Part shown: positions 41,303 to 50,640 of the stretch, one piece after another | Numbering within the stretch: position 1 is the stretch's first letter | How the letters are laid out: each line of letters starts with the position of its first letter | IMG/VR virus record: IMGVR_UViG_3300037423_000611 | Coordinates: 8,501-72,500 of that record | Source: a virus | Taxonomy: Duplodnaviria; Caudoviricetes | Length of the DNA: 64,000 bases | Direction: 5' to 3' (one strand) | Program-made: the position numbers and the translations under genes | Notes under the pieces: model-generated | Told to the model about the DNA's origin: nothing | What the model saw: only the letters and a program-made list of their open reading frames with translations | Databases searched by the model: none

Positions 41303-42797
41303 TTTCTTTTAAGTATTTTACGTTTGTGAACCCATAAGAAGTAAAATAGTTAATTATTTCTTGATTAAAATTTTCAATGCTTATATATTTATTAAATCCA
41401 AGTGAATTAAAATAATAATGATATCTGGGTATCATAAAAATATATTTATCTACATTTTTTCTTCTTAGAAAATTCAATTCATTAATAAATACTTCTTGCA
41501 TGTAGGAATCGTTTGCTTTAAATTCTTTTAAAAATTTAAACCTTATAGCGTTGTTTATTTTTCTGTTCTTATTTGCATTAATTAGAAAAATCTCTTTATC
41601 TAAAAAATCCTTCAACAAATTAAAGAATTTATCTTTCTTTTCTTGTTTCAGTTTTTCTTCTAACACTATTTTCTTTTTGCGTCGATTAACAACATTGTCA
41701 ACTATATCTTTAATAAATGAATTAATGATATCCTTGTCTGTTAAGTCACATTCAACGCTATCTACATTTTTGTATCCAGTTGACTTTCTCCATCCCAAAC
41801 CTCCACGCTTTCCTCTAAATGGAATAGACCTTTCATATTCAACACAACAATCAATTTGATTATCTTTAATAAAAAATGTAAATTCTGTATCATGATTTGT
41901 AAAATCAATAGCACAAATATAATATTTGCCAGTTCCTTTTCTATAAACAAAATTGCACGTGATATCTTCTGCCTTAAAATAATTATTTAATTCTATTACC
42001 ACTTCCTGAGAAGATTTATTTATGTATGTGTCAAATGCTACTCTGTTTTGTTTTATATCATATAAACGTTTATCTTCGTCAATAAATGGTTGTAGTGCTT
42101 CATTGTTAAGTGTTAAAGCCTTATGTTCAGAATTTACCTCAAAATTCGTTAGGTCATATGTATAAAATTGACTCAAATACATGATCTTATATGGAAGACT
42201 GTTGCTGATAATATCTCTCCCTATATAAACTCGACCTGTTTTAGCATCTAAATATGTATCTGAATGCTGTTCTATTGTTTTATAATGCATACTATGAGTA
42301 ATATAATCTTCTTCAATATTTAAATTGTACTTTTCTAGTCCCAATATCCATATGTCCGTTATATTTGCTAATTGATACAATCTCCTTCTTTCTATAAACT
42401 CAGTAGCAATAGGAGAGCATTGAAATTCAAATACATATTTCTGCTCATCGACTTCAAAATAAATATCTGGTCTTTGTTTGGTGGAGGGGATGTATGATTC
42501 TAATTGCAGATTCTTAATTTTTCCATCTTTCTCCAACTGTTCAAGCCAATTATATAACAACATTTTACCTTTAATATGCTCTTCGGTCTCTGGCTCAGAA
42601 TATAAACCTTCACAACTCCTATTCTTTTCACTATGTCTAAAATAAGGTAGTTTAATTTCACCATGACAATATTCATATCTGCTTCCACAGTCAGGGCAAA
42701 ATAATTTCTTTTTATCTGACCATTTCTTTAATGTGTATTTGTCATATTTACCATCGAAACAATTTATTATTGTCTCTCCAATTTTTGCAGTTAGCAG
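41295..42797 (-). CDS. CoiA-like (PD-(D/E)XK) nuclease-family protein, apparent CTG start
   Basis: In-frame extension upstream of track ATG 42563 gives (M)LTAKIGE...CPDCG...PYFRH...EPETEEHIKGK; QRPDIY...FEFQCS motif. Confidence 0.75.
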   Translation of the reverse strand: MLTAKIGETIINCFDGKYDKYTLKKWSDKKKLFCPDCGSRYEYCHGEIKLPYFRHSEKNRSCEGLYSEPETEEHIKGKMLLYNWLEQLEKDGKIKNLQLESYIPSTKQRPDIYFEVDEQKYVFEFQCSPIATEFIERRRLYQLANITDIWILGLEKYNLNIEEDYITHSMHYKTIEQHSDTYLDAKTGRVYIGRDIISNSLPYKIMYLSQFYTYDLTNFEVNSEHKALTLNNEALQPFIDEDKRLYDIKQNRVAFDTYINKSSQEVVIELNNYFKAEDITCNFVYRKGTGKYYICAIDFTNHDTEFTFFIKDNQIDCCVEYERSIPFRGKRGGLGWRKSTGYKNVDSVECDLTDKDIINSFIKDIVDNVVNRRKKKIVLEEKLKQEKKDKFFNLLKDFLDKEIFLINANKNRKINNAIRFKFLKEFKANDSYMQEVFINELNFLRRKNVDKYIFMIPRYHYYFNSLGFNKYISIENFNQEIINYFTSYGFTNVKYLKESE

Positions 42798-42858
42798 ATT
42801 GTTTCCTCCTCACTATTTTTATTATTTTTTTAAATTATGTATTATTTTATTCCTATGT

Positions 42859-43050
42859 CTAATAATAAATCTTTCCAACAACGTTTCCCCTCATATCCTT
42901 AATCACTTTCTCTTCGGCCTTATCATAATAATCATAACTCGTATCCACTCTTTGCATATCCATTAATTCCAACAGTCTGCTTTCATTCCAAGAGCCATTG
43001 TATTCCTCTTCTACTCTCATTCTTGCTTGCTCATTATTCAATTTAGCCAT
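42859..43050 (-). CDS. Hypothetical protein (63 aa)
   Basis: AAGGAG RBS; near the start of the leftward operon. Confidence 0.6.
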   Translation of the reverse strand: MAKLNNEQARMRVEEEYNGSWNESRLLELMDMQRVDTSYDYYDKAEEKVIKDMRGNVVGKIYY

Positions 43051-43141
43051 ATTTCATATCTCCTTTGTTGTGTATTATTTTCAGGTATGTCAAGATCCAC
43101 TTCACGAATCCTCACCCCCTTTTGTTTAACTTTCTATACAC

Positions 43142-43172
43142 ATTATAACTGATTATTTTATATCTGTAAACA
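43142..43172 (-). promoter_or_regulatory. SigA-type promoter of the RNAP operon
   Basis: TTTACA-17-TATAAT on the minus strand; 23 bp identical to the promoter at 51793. Confidence 0.75.
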
Positions 43173-43336
43173 AGCAGTTTTAAAATGGTACAAGCATAGT
43201 AATATTTTCTTTTCTTGGACTGGCAATTTCTAGTCATTTGCCCATATAGTAAAGTATCACCAGTTAAACACTACATTGAAATTTAGAAGTGGTGTTGAAA
43301 TGGTTAAACAGTACTTATACAACAAGAGGTGATTAC

Positions 43337-44158
43337 ATGAGTGAGAACATAGCCATAGACAACGGGAGAGCATTTAATAAGATTGCTACCCAATCAAAAA
43401 CATTCTCTTACCCCTCAGTCTTAGGTGAATGGAAAGATCGTTCAGGATTTAAGGAAACAAAATTTGGTGAATATGACTTGGAGATTGAGTTCGAATCTAA
43501 ACGTTGGTTCGGAGGGACGCTCGCTTTAAACGAATCTACATTCCAATGTACTATGCACACAGAGACGAAAGACCGATTAGAGAATTTAGTCAATATCCTA
43601 ACAAGCATTCACTTAGCGACAGAAGAATCTAACATAAGAGTAATTACTTGTCAACCAATCAAAGTTCACACTGATGAGAATAAACGAATAATTAAGGAGA
43701 TGTTGTTGGGGAGTAAAACAATCACAGTAAATGGAATAACAAAAACCTTCAATATAGAAGATGTTCTAATCGCATGTGAAGGTGGGGTGGCTGCTTATTC
43801 GTTATCTTCCTATCCAAAACTTCTACGTTTGATAGATGTAGGTTCCGCAACCATCAATACAGCTACATTGAGGAATGATAAGTTTATATTGAACGAATCT
43901 TCAACTTTACCATTTGGCCTTGATACAGAAGAGGATATTGATTTAGAGAAGTTAGCAAGCAAGGTTATAAGCGAATGCTCAAAGAAGTGGAAGCCAACGA
44001 ACCATGTTGTTTTAGTTGGGGGAGGGGCAGAAAAGTTGCTTCCTTACATTCAGGATTATTTCAAGAAAACAACTCTTCATCCACATCATCAATTTGCTAA
44101 TGTTATGGGGATGTATAAAGTGGGGTGTTCACAGTGGCAAGTATCAAACGTGTCTTAG
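43337..44158 (+). CDS. parM: ParM/StbA-family actin-like partition ATPase
   Basis: Actin-fold motifs IAIDNGRAFNK, EGGVA, LIDVGSATIN, LVGGGA, FANVMG. Confidence 0.88.
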   Translation: MSENIAIDNGRAFNKIATQSKTFSYPSVLGEWKDRSGFKETKFGEYDLEIEFESKRWFGGTLALNESTFQCTMHTETKDRLENLVNILTSIHLATEESNIRVITCQPIKVHTDENKRIIKEMLLGSKTITVNGITKTFNIEDVLIACEGGVAAYSLSSYPKLLRLIDVGSATINTATLRNDKFILNESSTLPFGLDTEEDIDLEKLASKVISECSKKWKPTNHVVLVGGGAEKLLPYIQDYFKKTTLHPHHQFANVMGMYKVGCSQWQVSNVS

Positions 44159-44349
44159 TTTGCTTTAATGAAGAAAATAAGTCACAAAATGATTTATGGC
44201 AACTGTTAGTTAAAGAATTTGGTACAAATTTATCTGGTGGTGTTAAAAACGTGTTGTGGTCATACTTCAATGGATCTCTAAGCAGACCACAACAGCCACA
44301 AATTGAGATTAAACAAGAAAAATCTTCATCAATGGAAAGTGTCTTATGA
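44134..44349 (+). CDS. Small protein overlapping parM; candidate ParR-like adaptor
   Basis: GTG start, 71 aa, coupled to parM; function inferred from position only. Confidence 0.5.
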   Translation: MASIKRVLVCFNEENKSQNDLWQLLVKEFGTNLSGGVKNVLWSYFNGSLSRPQQPQIEIKQEKSSSMESVL

Positions 44350-44426
44350 TTTCTCAGATTCCCTCATCTTTTCAACGTCTCTTTGAACGTCTTTAGCTTC
44401 ATCTTTAGTAATATTAGGAACAGCCA

Positions 44427-44894
44427 TTGCAAATCCCTCCTAGAAAGGTGATTAGATTGAGTAAAGAATTGACCATTAAACTGTCTGAGGGTTTATATGA
44501 CAAGGCATTAAGTTTTGTCCACGTCTTAAATTATCTTAATGAGAATGTAGAAAGAGAAGTGACACTTGAAGAAATCATCAAGACCTCACTCCACTATTAT
44601 CTTTGCCGATTTTACGACAACCTAATCAACGAACACAAAAATGAAAAGGTCATTACTTTAGGAAATCCAGACTTACCACTTAGATTTAATCTTGAGCCAT
44701 TTATTGAAGAAAAGAATATGCAATATACTCACATTGCAAAGCAATTAGGAGTTAGTTTAGGAACCTTAAAGGGTATTATCAACAATAAGCACATGCCCTC
44801 TGTAGACATCTTTATCCGTTTGTGGGTACTCATAGGATGCCCACCACTTCATGAAATCTTATACAGGGAAAAGGAGAATGATTCAAATGACTAA
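44427..44894 (+). CDS. XRE-family HTH transcription regulator
   Basis: C-terminal YTHIAKQLGVSLGTLKGIINNKHMPSVDIFIRL. Confidence 0.75.
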   Translation: MQIPPRKVIRLSKELTIKLSEGLYDKALSFVHVLNYLNENVEREVTLEEIIKTSLHYYLCRFYDNLINEHKNEKVITLGNPDLPLRFNLEPFIEEKNMQYTHIAKQLGVSLGTLKGIINNKHMPSVDIFIRLWVLIGCPPLHEILYREKENDSND

Positions 44895-45018
44895 ACTTCA
44901 GGTGTTAAAAAGTGAACTTCAAGACAAAATGGAATATTTCCAATGGCTTGTTCAGGATATTGAGGCCACACTTAATCAAATTGAAACGCTAGAAAAAGAA
45001 GGTGAACTTCATGTTTAG
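44878..45018 (+). CDS. Small coiled-coil hypothetical protein (46 aa)
   Basis: AAGGAG RBS; MIQMTKLQVLKSELQDKMEYFQWL...; below the track length cut-off. Confidence 0.5.
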   Translation: MIQMTKLQVLKSELQDKMEYFQWLVQDIEATLNQIETLEKEGELHV

Positions 45019-45199
45019 ATATCATGACGTAGGCTTTTGGAGCATTTTTAAGCGCAGAGTGTATCTCGTAGCAACTCAAACTACCGTTAAACATGTTGAA
45101 GCAAGCGCATTAGACCGCTACATTAAACGTAGTGAGGATGCTTGGAGATGGACAATTCAATATACAATGTATAGATACTTTAAGAAACAAGGGATGTAG
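45011..45199 (+). CDS. Hypothetical protein
   Basis: GAAGGTGA RBS; overlaps the previous ORF stop. Confidence 0.5.
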   Translation: MFRYHDVGFWSIFKRRVYLVATQTTVKHVEASALDRYIKRSEDAWRWTIQYTMYRYFKKQGM

Positions 45200-45200
45200 G

Positions 45201-45705
45201 GTGCGAGTATTTTTAAATGATAAAGTGAAGGAATTGGTTATTACAAGTGGTTTTCATTCAGTAGATACGGTTCACAAAACACCGCACACTGGAATTGATA
45301 TTCAAATGAACATGAATACCCCCATATTAAGTCCGGTCAAAGGTTACGTATCAGAAGTATTCAATTACGGTAGTCAAAATGCAGGGCTTGGTCTTAAAGT
45401 TAAAATGGAAAACGGGTCAGAATTGATTTTCGGTCATATGTCATTCGTTTCCCAAAAGGTGGGTGATGCTATTAGTGTAGGTGAGCAACTTGGCCTAAGT
45501 GGAAATACAGGTTGCTCTACTGCACCCCACTAGTCACTTACATGTAGGTTTAAAAGTAAATGGATCTTTTGCAGACCCCTCATATTACGTAGACTTGATG
45601 CAACAGGTATACTACAACTACTCCCACCACATCACTCAATTCGCTTCAGATAATTCCCATCTATATAACGCTGTTCACAGTATCATTCAAGCATTTACAA
45701 ATTAA
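45201..45705 (+). pseudogene. M23-family peptidoglycan peptidase disrupted by a 7-bp insertion in the HxH motif
   Basis: HTGID and GNTG.ST.PH motifs, then TAG. Removing 45531-45537 restores ...TAPHLHVGLKVNGSFADP (165 aa). Confidence 0.8.
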
Positions 45706-45917
45706 TCTTTAATCACATCATATTCTTTCAGTACACTTATAATTTCATCCAATTTATCTACATTTTTAATACCTAACTTATCCATAATTTCAAATCTATA
45801 TTTATCAAGATTTTTTTCCCAATCTTTCATATACAGTTGCCACATGTGCATGATTATCACCTCAAGTTTAGTATAACCGTTTTAAAAGTAAAAATACATG
45901 AGAGAAGGTTGTTAATA

Positions 45918-46067
45918 ATGACAGGTTTTGAAGGTCTATTGCTTACTACAATGAAGATTTGTGCAGGTTTTGCGATTATATTTGGAGTCCGTATTGCTGC
46001 TAATTTCTACTTTGGTGACGCAGATAAAGGAGGTAAAGGCAATGAATTCAAGCGTCTTGGTCGCTAA
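45918..46067 (+). CDS. Small membrane protein (49 aa)
   Basis: MTGFEGLLLTTMKICAGFAIIFGVRIAANFYFG; hydrophobic. Confidence 0.5.
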   Translation: MTGFEGLLLTTMKICAGFAIIFGVRIAANFYFGDADKGGKGNEFKRLGR

Positions 46068-46641
46068 CATCAAAGCAAGAAAAAGCGAGGCTACTGTTAA
46101 AACTGAAAGTAAAACAATCACTATTGACCATAGAAAGCAATTCGTTCCTGTGAAAGAGACTGTAAATTTTCCTTTGGAGATAGAAAAGGTGGTGAGAAAG
46201 AATCTCCAAAACAAACTATTCTCACTACCCATTGTAACAGTCACGGGGTTAGCATCCGTATTGGTAGCAGAGCCAACATTAGCACAGGAAGTAATGGGAG
46301 CAGCGCAAGCAACAGCAGACCCACTCATGTCAGGAGAGTTAGTAAAGTTCTTCATCAAGTCTGCATTATGGATGGACGTAGTAGCGTTAGGGGTGTCAAT
46401 AGCATCATCTCCAGTAATAGGGTTCGTGAGTATATTCAACGCAAATACAGCAAAAGAATGGACTCACAATCTGTTAAAAGGGATGGGAATTACGCTGTTC
46501 CTACAAATGTTATTAATAGGTCTCATTTATCTAGGTCATTTGCTGTTTGGGGAAAATCCATATTACATCGACCCTTGGGCTATCTTAGCACCATGTATCA
46601 AACCTGCTATTCTAGAAGTAGTAAGATCCTTCAAGTCATAG
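46042..46641 (+). CDS. Multi-TM membrane protein, possibly VirB2/pilin-like
   Basis: GGAGG RBS; hydrophobic segments, AxA-like site (TLAQE) and two further TM helices; family assignment is inference. Confidence 0.5.
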   Translation: MNSSVLVANIKARKSEATVKTESKTITIDHRKQFVPVKETVNFPLEIEKVVRKNLQNKLFSLPIVTVTGLASVLVAEPTLAQEVMGAAQATADPLMSGELVKFFIKSALWMDVVALGVSIASSPVIGFVSIFNANTAKEWTHNLLKGMGITLFLQMLLIGLIYLGHLLFGENPYYIDPWAILAPCIKPAILEVVRSFKS

Positions 46642-47801
46642 GGCTTTCAACGTTTGGATTTGGTTTATTCCCACAATTCGCTTTCGCAGAAGGCAACAAT
46701 CCTTCATTTTGGGATAAAGCAAGTACTTTTTTCGAGTATATGGGGAAGTTCTTTGCATGGTGCGATAAAGCACTAGATTGGATATATAACCTACCTCAAC
46801 ATATCTTAAACGGTTCTATACAATTTCTAGGATGGTTATATGAAATAATTGCTGATTTCATGTTGGGCGTTCCATCTGAGTTATTCACTAGTAATTGGTT
46901 TACAACAGCTTCAATTGTGTTTGGACTCATAGGTTGTTTATTCTCTATAGCATTGGGTAGTTATGAAGGATTACGACACGCAATCTTTCCCTTAAATAGA
47001 AGTCAAAGTAGTACATTTACAGACTGGAAAACATTATTTAAACGAATCCCCATAGCGACTATTGGAGCCGGATTTGCGCCTAAAGCATTCGAGATAGTAT
47101 TTACCTACTTAGATAAATTCACATCTGCTTTAATTCACGCAGGAAAGGATCAAATTGTTACTGCTGCTACCCATGCTAATATTGTTGGATTTGGTTGGTT
47201 CGATGCAATTGCACTTGTATTATTTGATATAGCCTTTGTTGTAAAAATGTACCCATTATTCATGCAATTGGCCTCTAGATATTTTAACCTCCTAGCACTT
47301 GGAGCATTAACGCCTTTAGCGTTAGGCTGTTGGGTGTATGATGAGCATCGAGGTTGGTTTGATGAATGGCTAGATTCCCTTAAGAAGATTATCTTCTCTA
47401 TGATTTGGTACGCACTATTCCTTACCGCAATGGGTGTCCTGATTGTCGGTATAGGTGGAACCACAACATTTAAAGGATTATTTATTAAGTTGCTAATCAT
47501 CATTGGCTGTGTAATTACAATGACAAATCCACCACATATCTTAAAAAGATACATTAACAATGGTGAAGATGTATCAGATATGATTAAAAAATTCAAAGAT
47601 GTAGTAATGATGGAGAATATTAAGAGAAGCAGTGGAGCAAAAGGAGTTAAATTCATAAAAGGTTATTACTCAAAAGAGGCGATTAATGAGCGCAAAGATA
47701 ATAGAAAGCAGAAAATAGAGGCAACCACCAAGAAACAAAAGAAGACAATTCTAAATGGTTATGTATTCTGGCATCTGCTTAAGAACAAATTTAAGAAGTA
47801 A
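46593..47801 (+). CDS. TrbL/VirB6-like polytopic membrane protein (start uncertain)
   Basis: Multiple TM segments; RYFNLLALGALTPLALGCW...WFDEWLDSLKKIIF resembles the VirB6 core. Confidence 0.6.
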   Translation: MYQTCYSRSSKILQVIGLSTFGFGLFPQFAFAEGNNPSFWDKASTFFEYMGKFFAWCDKALDWIYNLPQHILNGSIQFLGWLYEIIADFMLGVPSELFTSNWFTTASIVFGLIGCLFSIALGSYEGLRHAIFPLNRSQSSTFTDWKTLFKRIPIATIGAGFAPKAFEIVFTYLDKFTSALIHAGKDQIVTAATHANIVGFGWFDAIALVLFDIAFVVKMYPLFMQLASRYFNLLALGALTPLALGCWVYDEHRGWFDEWLDSLKKIIFSMIWYALFLTAMGVLIVGIGGTTTFKGLFIKLLIIIGCVITMTNPPHILKRYINNGEDVSDMIKKFKDVVMMENIKRSSGAKGVKFIKGYYSKEAINERKDNRKQKIEATTKKQKKTILNGYVFWHLLKNKFKK

Positions 47802-47813
47802 AGGAGATTAATT

Positions 47814-47918
47814 ATGAAAGAAGTTCTAATCATTAACACCATCATGATTGCAGTAAACACATTGGTTATCTTCATAGCAAGTAAAATTATTGAGGGGAGA
47901 AATAGACATGATTATTAA
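47814..47918 (+). CDS. Small single-TM peptide (34 aa)
   Basis: AAGGAG RBS; MKEVLIINTIMIAVNTLVIFIASKIIEGRNRHDY; overlaps the ftsK-like start. Confidence 0.5.
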   Translation: MKEVLIINTIMIAVNTLVIFIASKIIEGRNRHDY

Positions 47919-50247
47919 TCTAAATAAATTACGTCAATCATTCACGAGTACAATCCAAAATAAAATTAAAGAGAGTACGCTATTATCTAAAACTTTTTCC
48001 CTTCAAGAAACTCGTACATTCACACTAAGTAATCCATCATCTGTAAAATCCTTTCTTGCCAGAAGGCAGGAGGGGATTTTCGGATTTGAATATTACAATT
48101 CACTTGGTACAATCAAAAATCATTTCTTCACCACCGACCAATCTCACATCTCTTTACCTTCTACTACGCCAGTAATCTTAGACCACACAAGAGAAGATAT
48201 AGAATGTTACTATATGACATTCAGAAATCATTCGTTTGCTCCATTTATCTTTAACTATCAACATAACTTTTGGGAAACTCTCACCAAATATTTAAAGGGT
48301 TCTACTGAAAAAGGGAGCGTCTACTTGCAATTAATATTTAGCCCCTTCCAATCAGATAAATGGAAGGATGAACTGTGTGACATGTATGATGCTTATTTAG
48401 ATGGGATTAATCAACCATCAACCAATCAAATGTTACTCAAATGGCAATATAAACTACATGATGTACTAAAAGGTAGAAGGAATGCACCAATTCGAGAAGT
48501 ATCACAAAAGGTCGATCAGTATGGTTATAGCACATGCGTCAGGCTTATTATTCAAGGAAGCGAGGGTGATAGGAGACGCATAAAGGAACGTATTAAATTA
48601 GCATTGAGCAATCTTAATTATGTAAATGGATTAAACTTTGCTTTAGTTAAAAATCATCAGCAATTCTTGGAGAACATGCAGATACGTAACTTTAACAAGA
48701 AATACTCACATCAAATCATGTGCAGTAGTGAAATGATTGGATTCTTTGGTGGTATGAGTGAAAATGAGTCTGAAGAGATGAAACAAGTGTTAATGCCTAA
48801 ACCGAAGATTCCGATTGAAGAAATAATGAATGATATTGAAATACTGCCAAGTGTAAATCAACAGTCATTTAATGAAGACGACAAAGAACTAATTGACGAG
48901 TTGACTGCTGCAATGCTCAGACTAAATCTGCTTAAGAATGCAAAAGACATGACTGTTTTAGAAGTTAAAGAAGGTCCAACACTTAAATTTATTGAATTTT
49001 TAAGACCTGATTATCTCTATCTACAAAACGCAAATAGAAGGCTTGCTGATTTGAGGATTGAAATGAATGAACCTAATTTGAATCTTACTGGAGGAAACAA
49101 CAAGGGAACTTTCTGTATCAGTTACCCAAGATTAAAAAGAGAGTATATAGACTTAGCAAAAATTCTAGAAAGTATTGAGTTTAAAAGAAAATGTGATGAG
49201 TACGAATTGCCAATATGTGTGGGTACTGACATGAATGGTGAATATAAATTTTATGACTTCGTAGACCTTGTTCATATGTTGATTGCAGGTGCTACTGGCA
49301 ATGGTAAGTCGGTCTTCGTCACTGCATTGTTATTAATGCTCACAGAGGCAAGAAGTCCAGAAGAATTAGAATTGCATTTAATTGATATGAAACGAGTAGA
49401 GTTAACGGACTTCAGAAATTTCCCCCATGTTAAAAAAGTAGCTACAGATGCACGAAAAGCATTCATGATATTGGCTAATTTAGTTAAGGAAATGGATCAA
49501 CGTTATATGCAACTTGAAGCAGAAGGATTAAAAGGAATTAAATATCATAATAGAAGATTCCCCGATAATAAGTGGTCATATAAACTTTGTGTTATAGATG
49601 AATTTGCAGATTTAATGCTTAATAAAGACTTTAAAAAGGAAATTGAGGATATGGTTCAACGGCTAAACCAACTTGGTAGAGCATCAGGCATTCACGTTAT
49701 ATTAGCCACTCAACGTCCTTCTGTGGATGTTGTAACAGGAATAATAAAGGCCAATATGCCTGCCAGAGTTGGGTTTGCATGTGAAGCGAATGTAGATTAT
49801 AGGACTATCTTTGATAAGATTCCTAATTTTAATCTAATAGGTAATGGAGATGGTGCAATCAAATGGCATGGAAATAAAGAATTATTTGTCCGATTCCAAA
49901 GTCCAATTAATTATGATGAAGAGATATACGAAAGGATTATTAATAAATGGGGTAGCAAGGGTAATCAATTGCAAATTGAAGAGGAACTTGATGATAAACT
50001 ATACGAAGAAGATACTGACGAAAAGTTTTTGCTATTGAAGAAAGTTATTTGCGAAACTGGGGAAACTCGAATCAAACAACTCAGGGAAATGACAAAATTA
50101 AATCAAAATAAGATTCAAGAATATTTTCAGCAACTAGTTGAAGAAGGTTGGCTAGAAAAAGGAAACTCTAGACAGAGTGGATATAAACTTAAACTTACCG
50201 ACATAGAAAGAGAGATATTTTTAGATAGCCTTACAGATAACGAGTAG
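47908..50247 (+). CDS. FtsK/SpoIIIE-family DNA translocase
   Basis: Walker A HMLIAGATGNGKS, Walker B VIDEFADL, GRASGIHVILATQRP, C-terminal winged-helix-like domain. Confidence 0.92.
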   Translation: MIINLNKLRQSFTSTIQNKIKESTLLSKTFSLQETRTFTLSNPSSVKSFLARRQEGIFGFEYYNSLGTIKNHFFTTDQSHISLPSTTPVILDHTREDIECYYMTFRNHSFAPFIFNYQHNFWETLTKYLKGSTEKGSVYLQLIFSPFQSDKWKDELCDMYDAYLDGINQPSTNQMLLKWQYKLHDVLKGRRNAPIREVSQKVDQYGYSTCVRLIIQGSEGDRRRIKERIKLALSNLNYVNGLNFALVKNHQQFLENMQIRNFNKKYSHQIMCSSEMIGFFGGMSENESEEMKQVLMPKPKIPIEEIMNDIEILPSVNQQSFNEDDKELIDELTAAMLRLNLLKNAKDMTVLEVKEGPTLKFIEFLRPDYLYLQNANRRLADLRIEMNEPNLNLTGGNNKGTFCISYPRLKREYIDLAKILESIEFKRKCDEYELPICVGTDMNGEYKFYDFVDLVHMLIAGATGNGKSVFVTALLLMLTEARSPEELELHLIDMKRVELTDFRNFPHVKKVATDARKAFMILANLVKEMDQRYMQLEAEGLKGIKYHNRRFPDNKWSYKLCVIDEFADLMLNKDFKKEIEDMVQRLNQLGRASGIHVILATQRPSVDVVTGIIKANMPARVGFACEANVDYRTIFDKIPNFNLIGNGDGAIKWHGNKELFVRFQSPINYDEEIYERIINKWGSKGNQLQIEEELDDKLYEEDTDEKFLLLKKVICETGETRIKQLREMTKLNQNKIQEYFQQLVEEGWLEKGNSRQSGYKLKLTDIEREIFLDSLTDNE

Positions 50248-50276
50248 GGGAGAATGTTCGGATTCTCTCCTTTTTA
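50246..50276 (+). terminator. Rho-independent terminator after ftsK-like gene
   Basis: ggggagaat...attctctcc followed by ttttt. Confidence 0.65.
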
Positions 50277-50640
50277 TCATATGACCAAAAACTTAACATA
50301 GGTAAATACGGTAGTATGGTCAATTGGTCATTTGATATTCGCATGGTCATTTGAAGTATTTGATAATTTGATTACGAACATTCACTCACGTACACCATTC
50401 CATTGTTCGACCTCTCAGAATCAATTCTGAGACCGCTAGAAAGCCCATAGACGAGTTTAAATCTGTTCCGAGTGTAATTGCAACCCCCTACGATAAACCA
50501 TCTATAATCGCTTTATTTCATTATATTAGTTTTATAACATTTATTTTTACTTTTGTATTGACTTTACCATATCCTACCACTATAATGAAATTAAATAAGT
50601 AACCTAATAAATCAAAGGTTACAAATAAGGAGGAGTTAAC

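Noticed and set aside
43080-43300. GTTAAACA-like short repeats as the parC centromere for ParM/ParR
   Set aside because: Only three or four degenerate, irregularly spaced copies in AT-rich DNA; too weak to call without footprinting.
46368-46592. N-terminal extension of the VirB6-like ORF as given in the track
   Set aside because: It overlaps the 46042-46641 gene extensively and reads as non-protein-like sequence; a later start was preferred.
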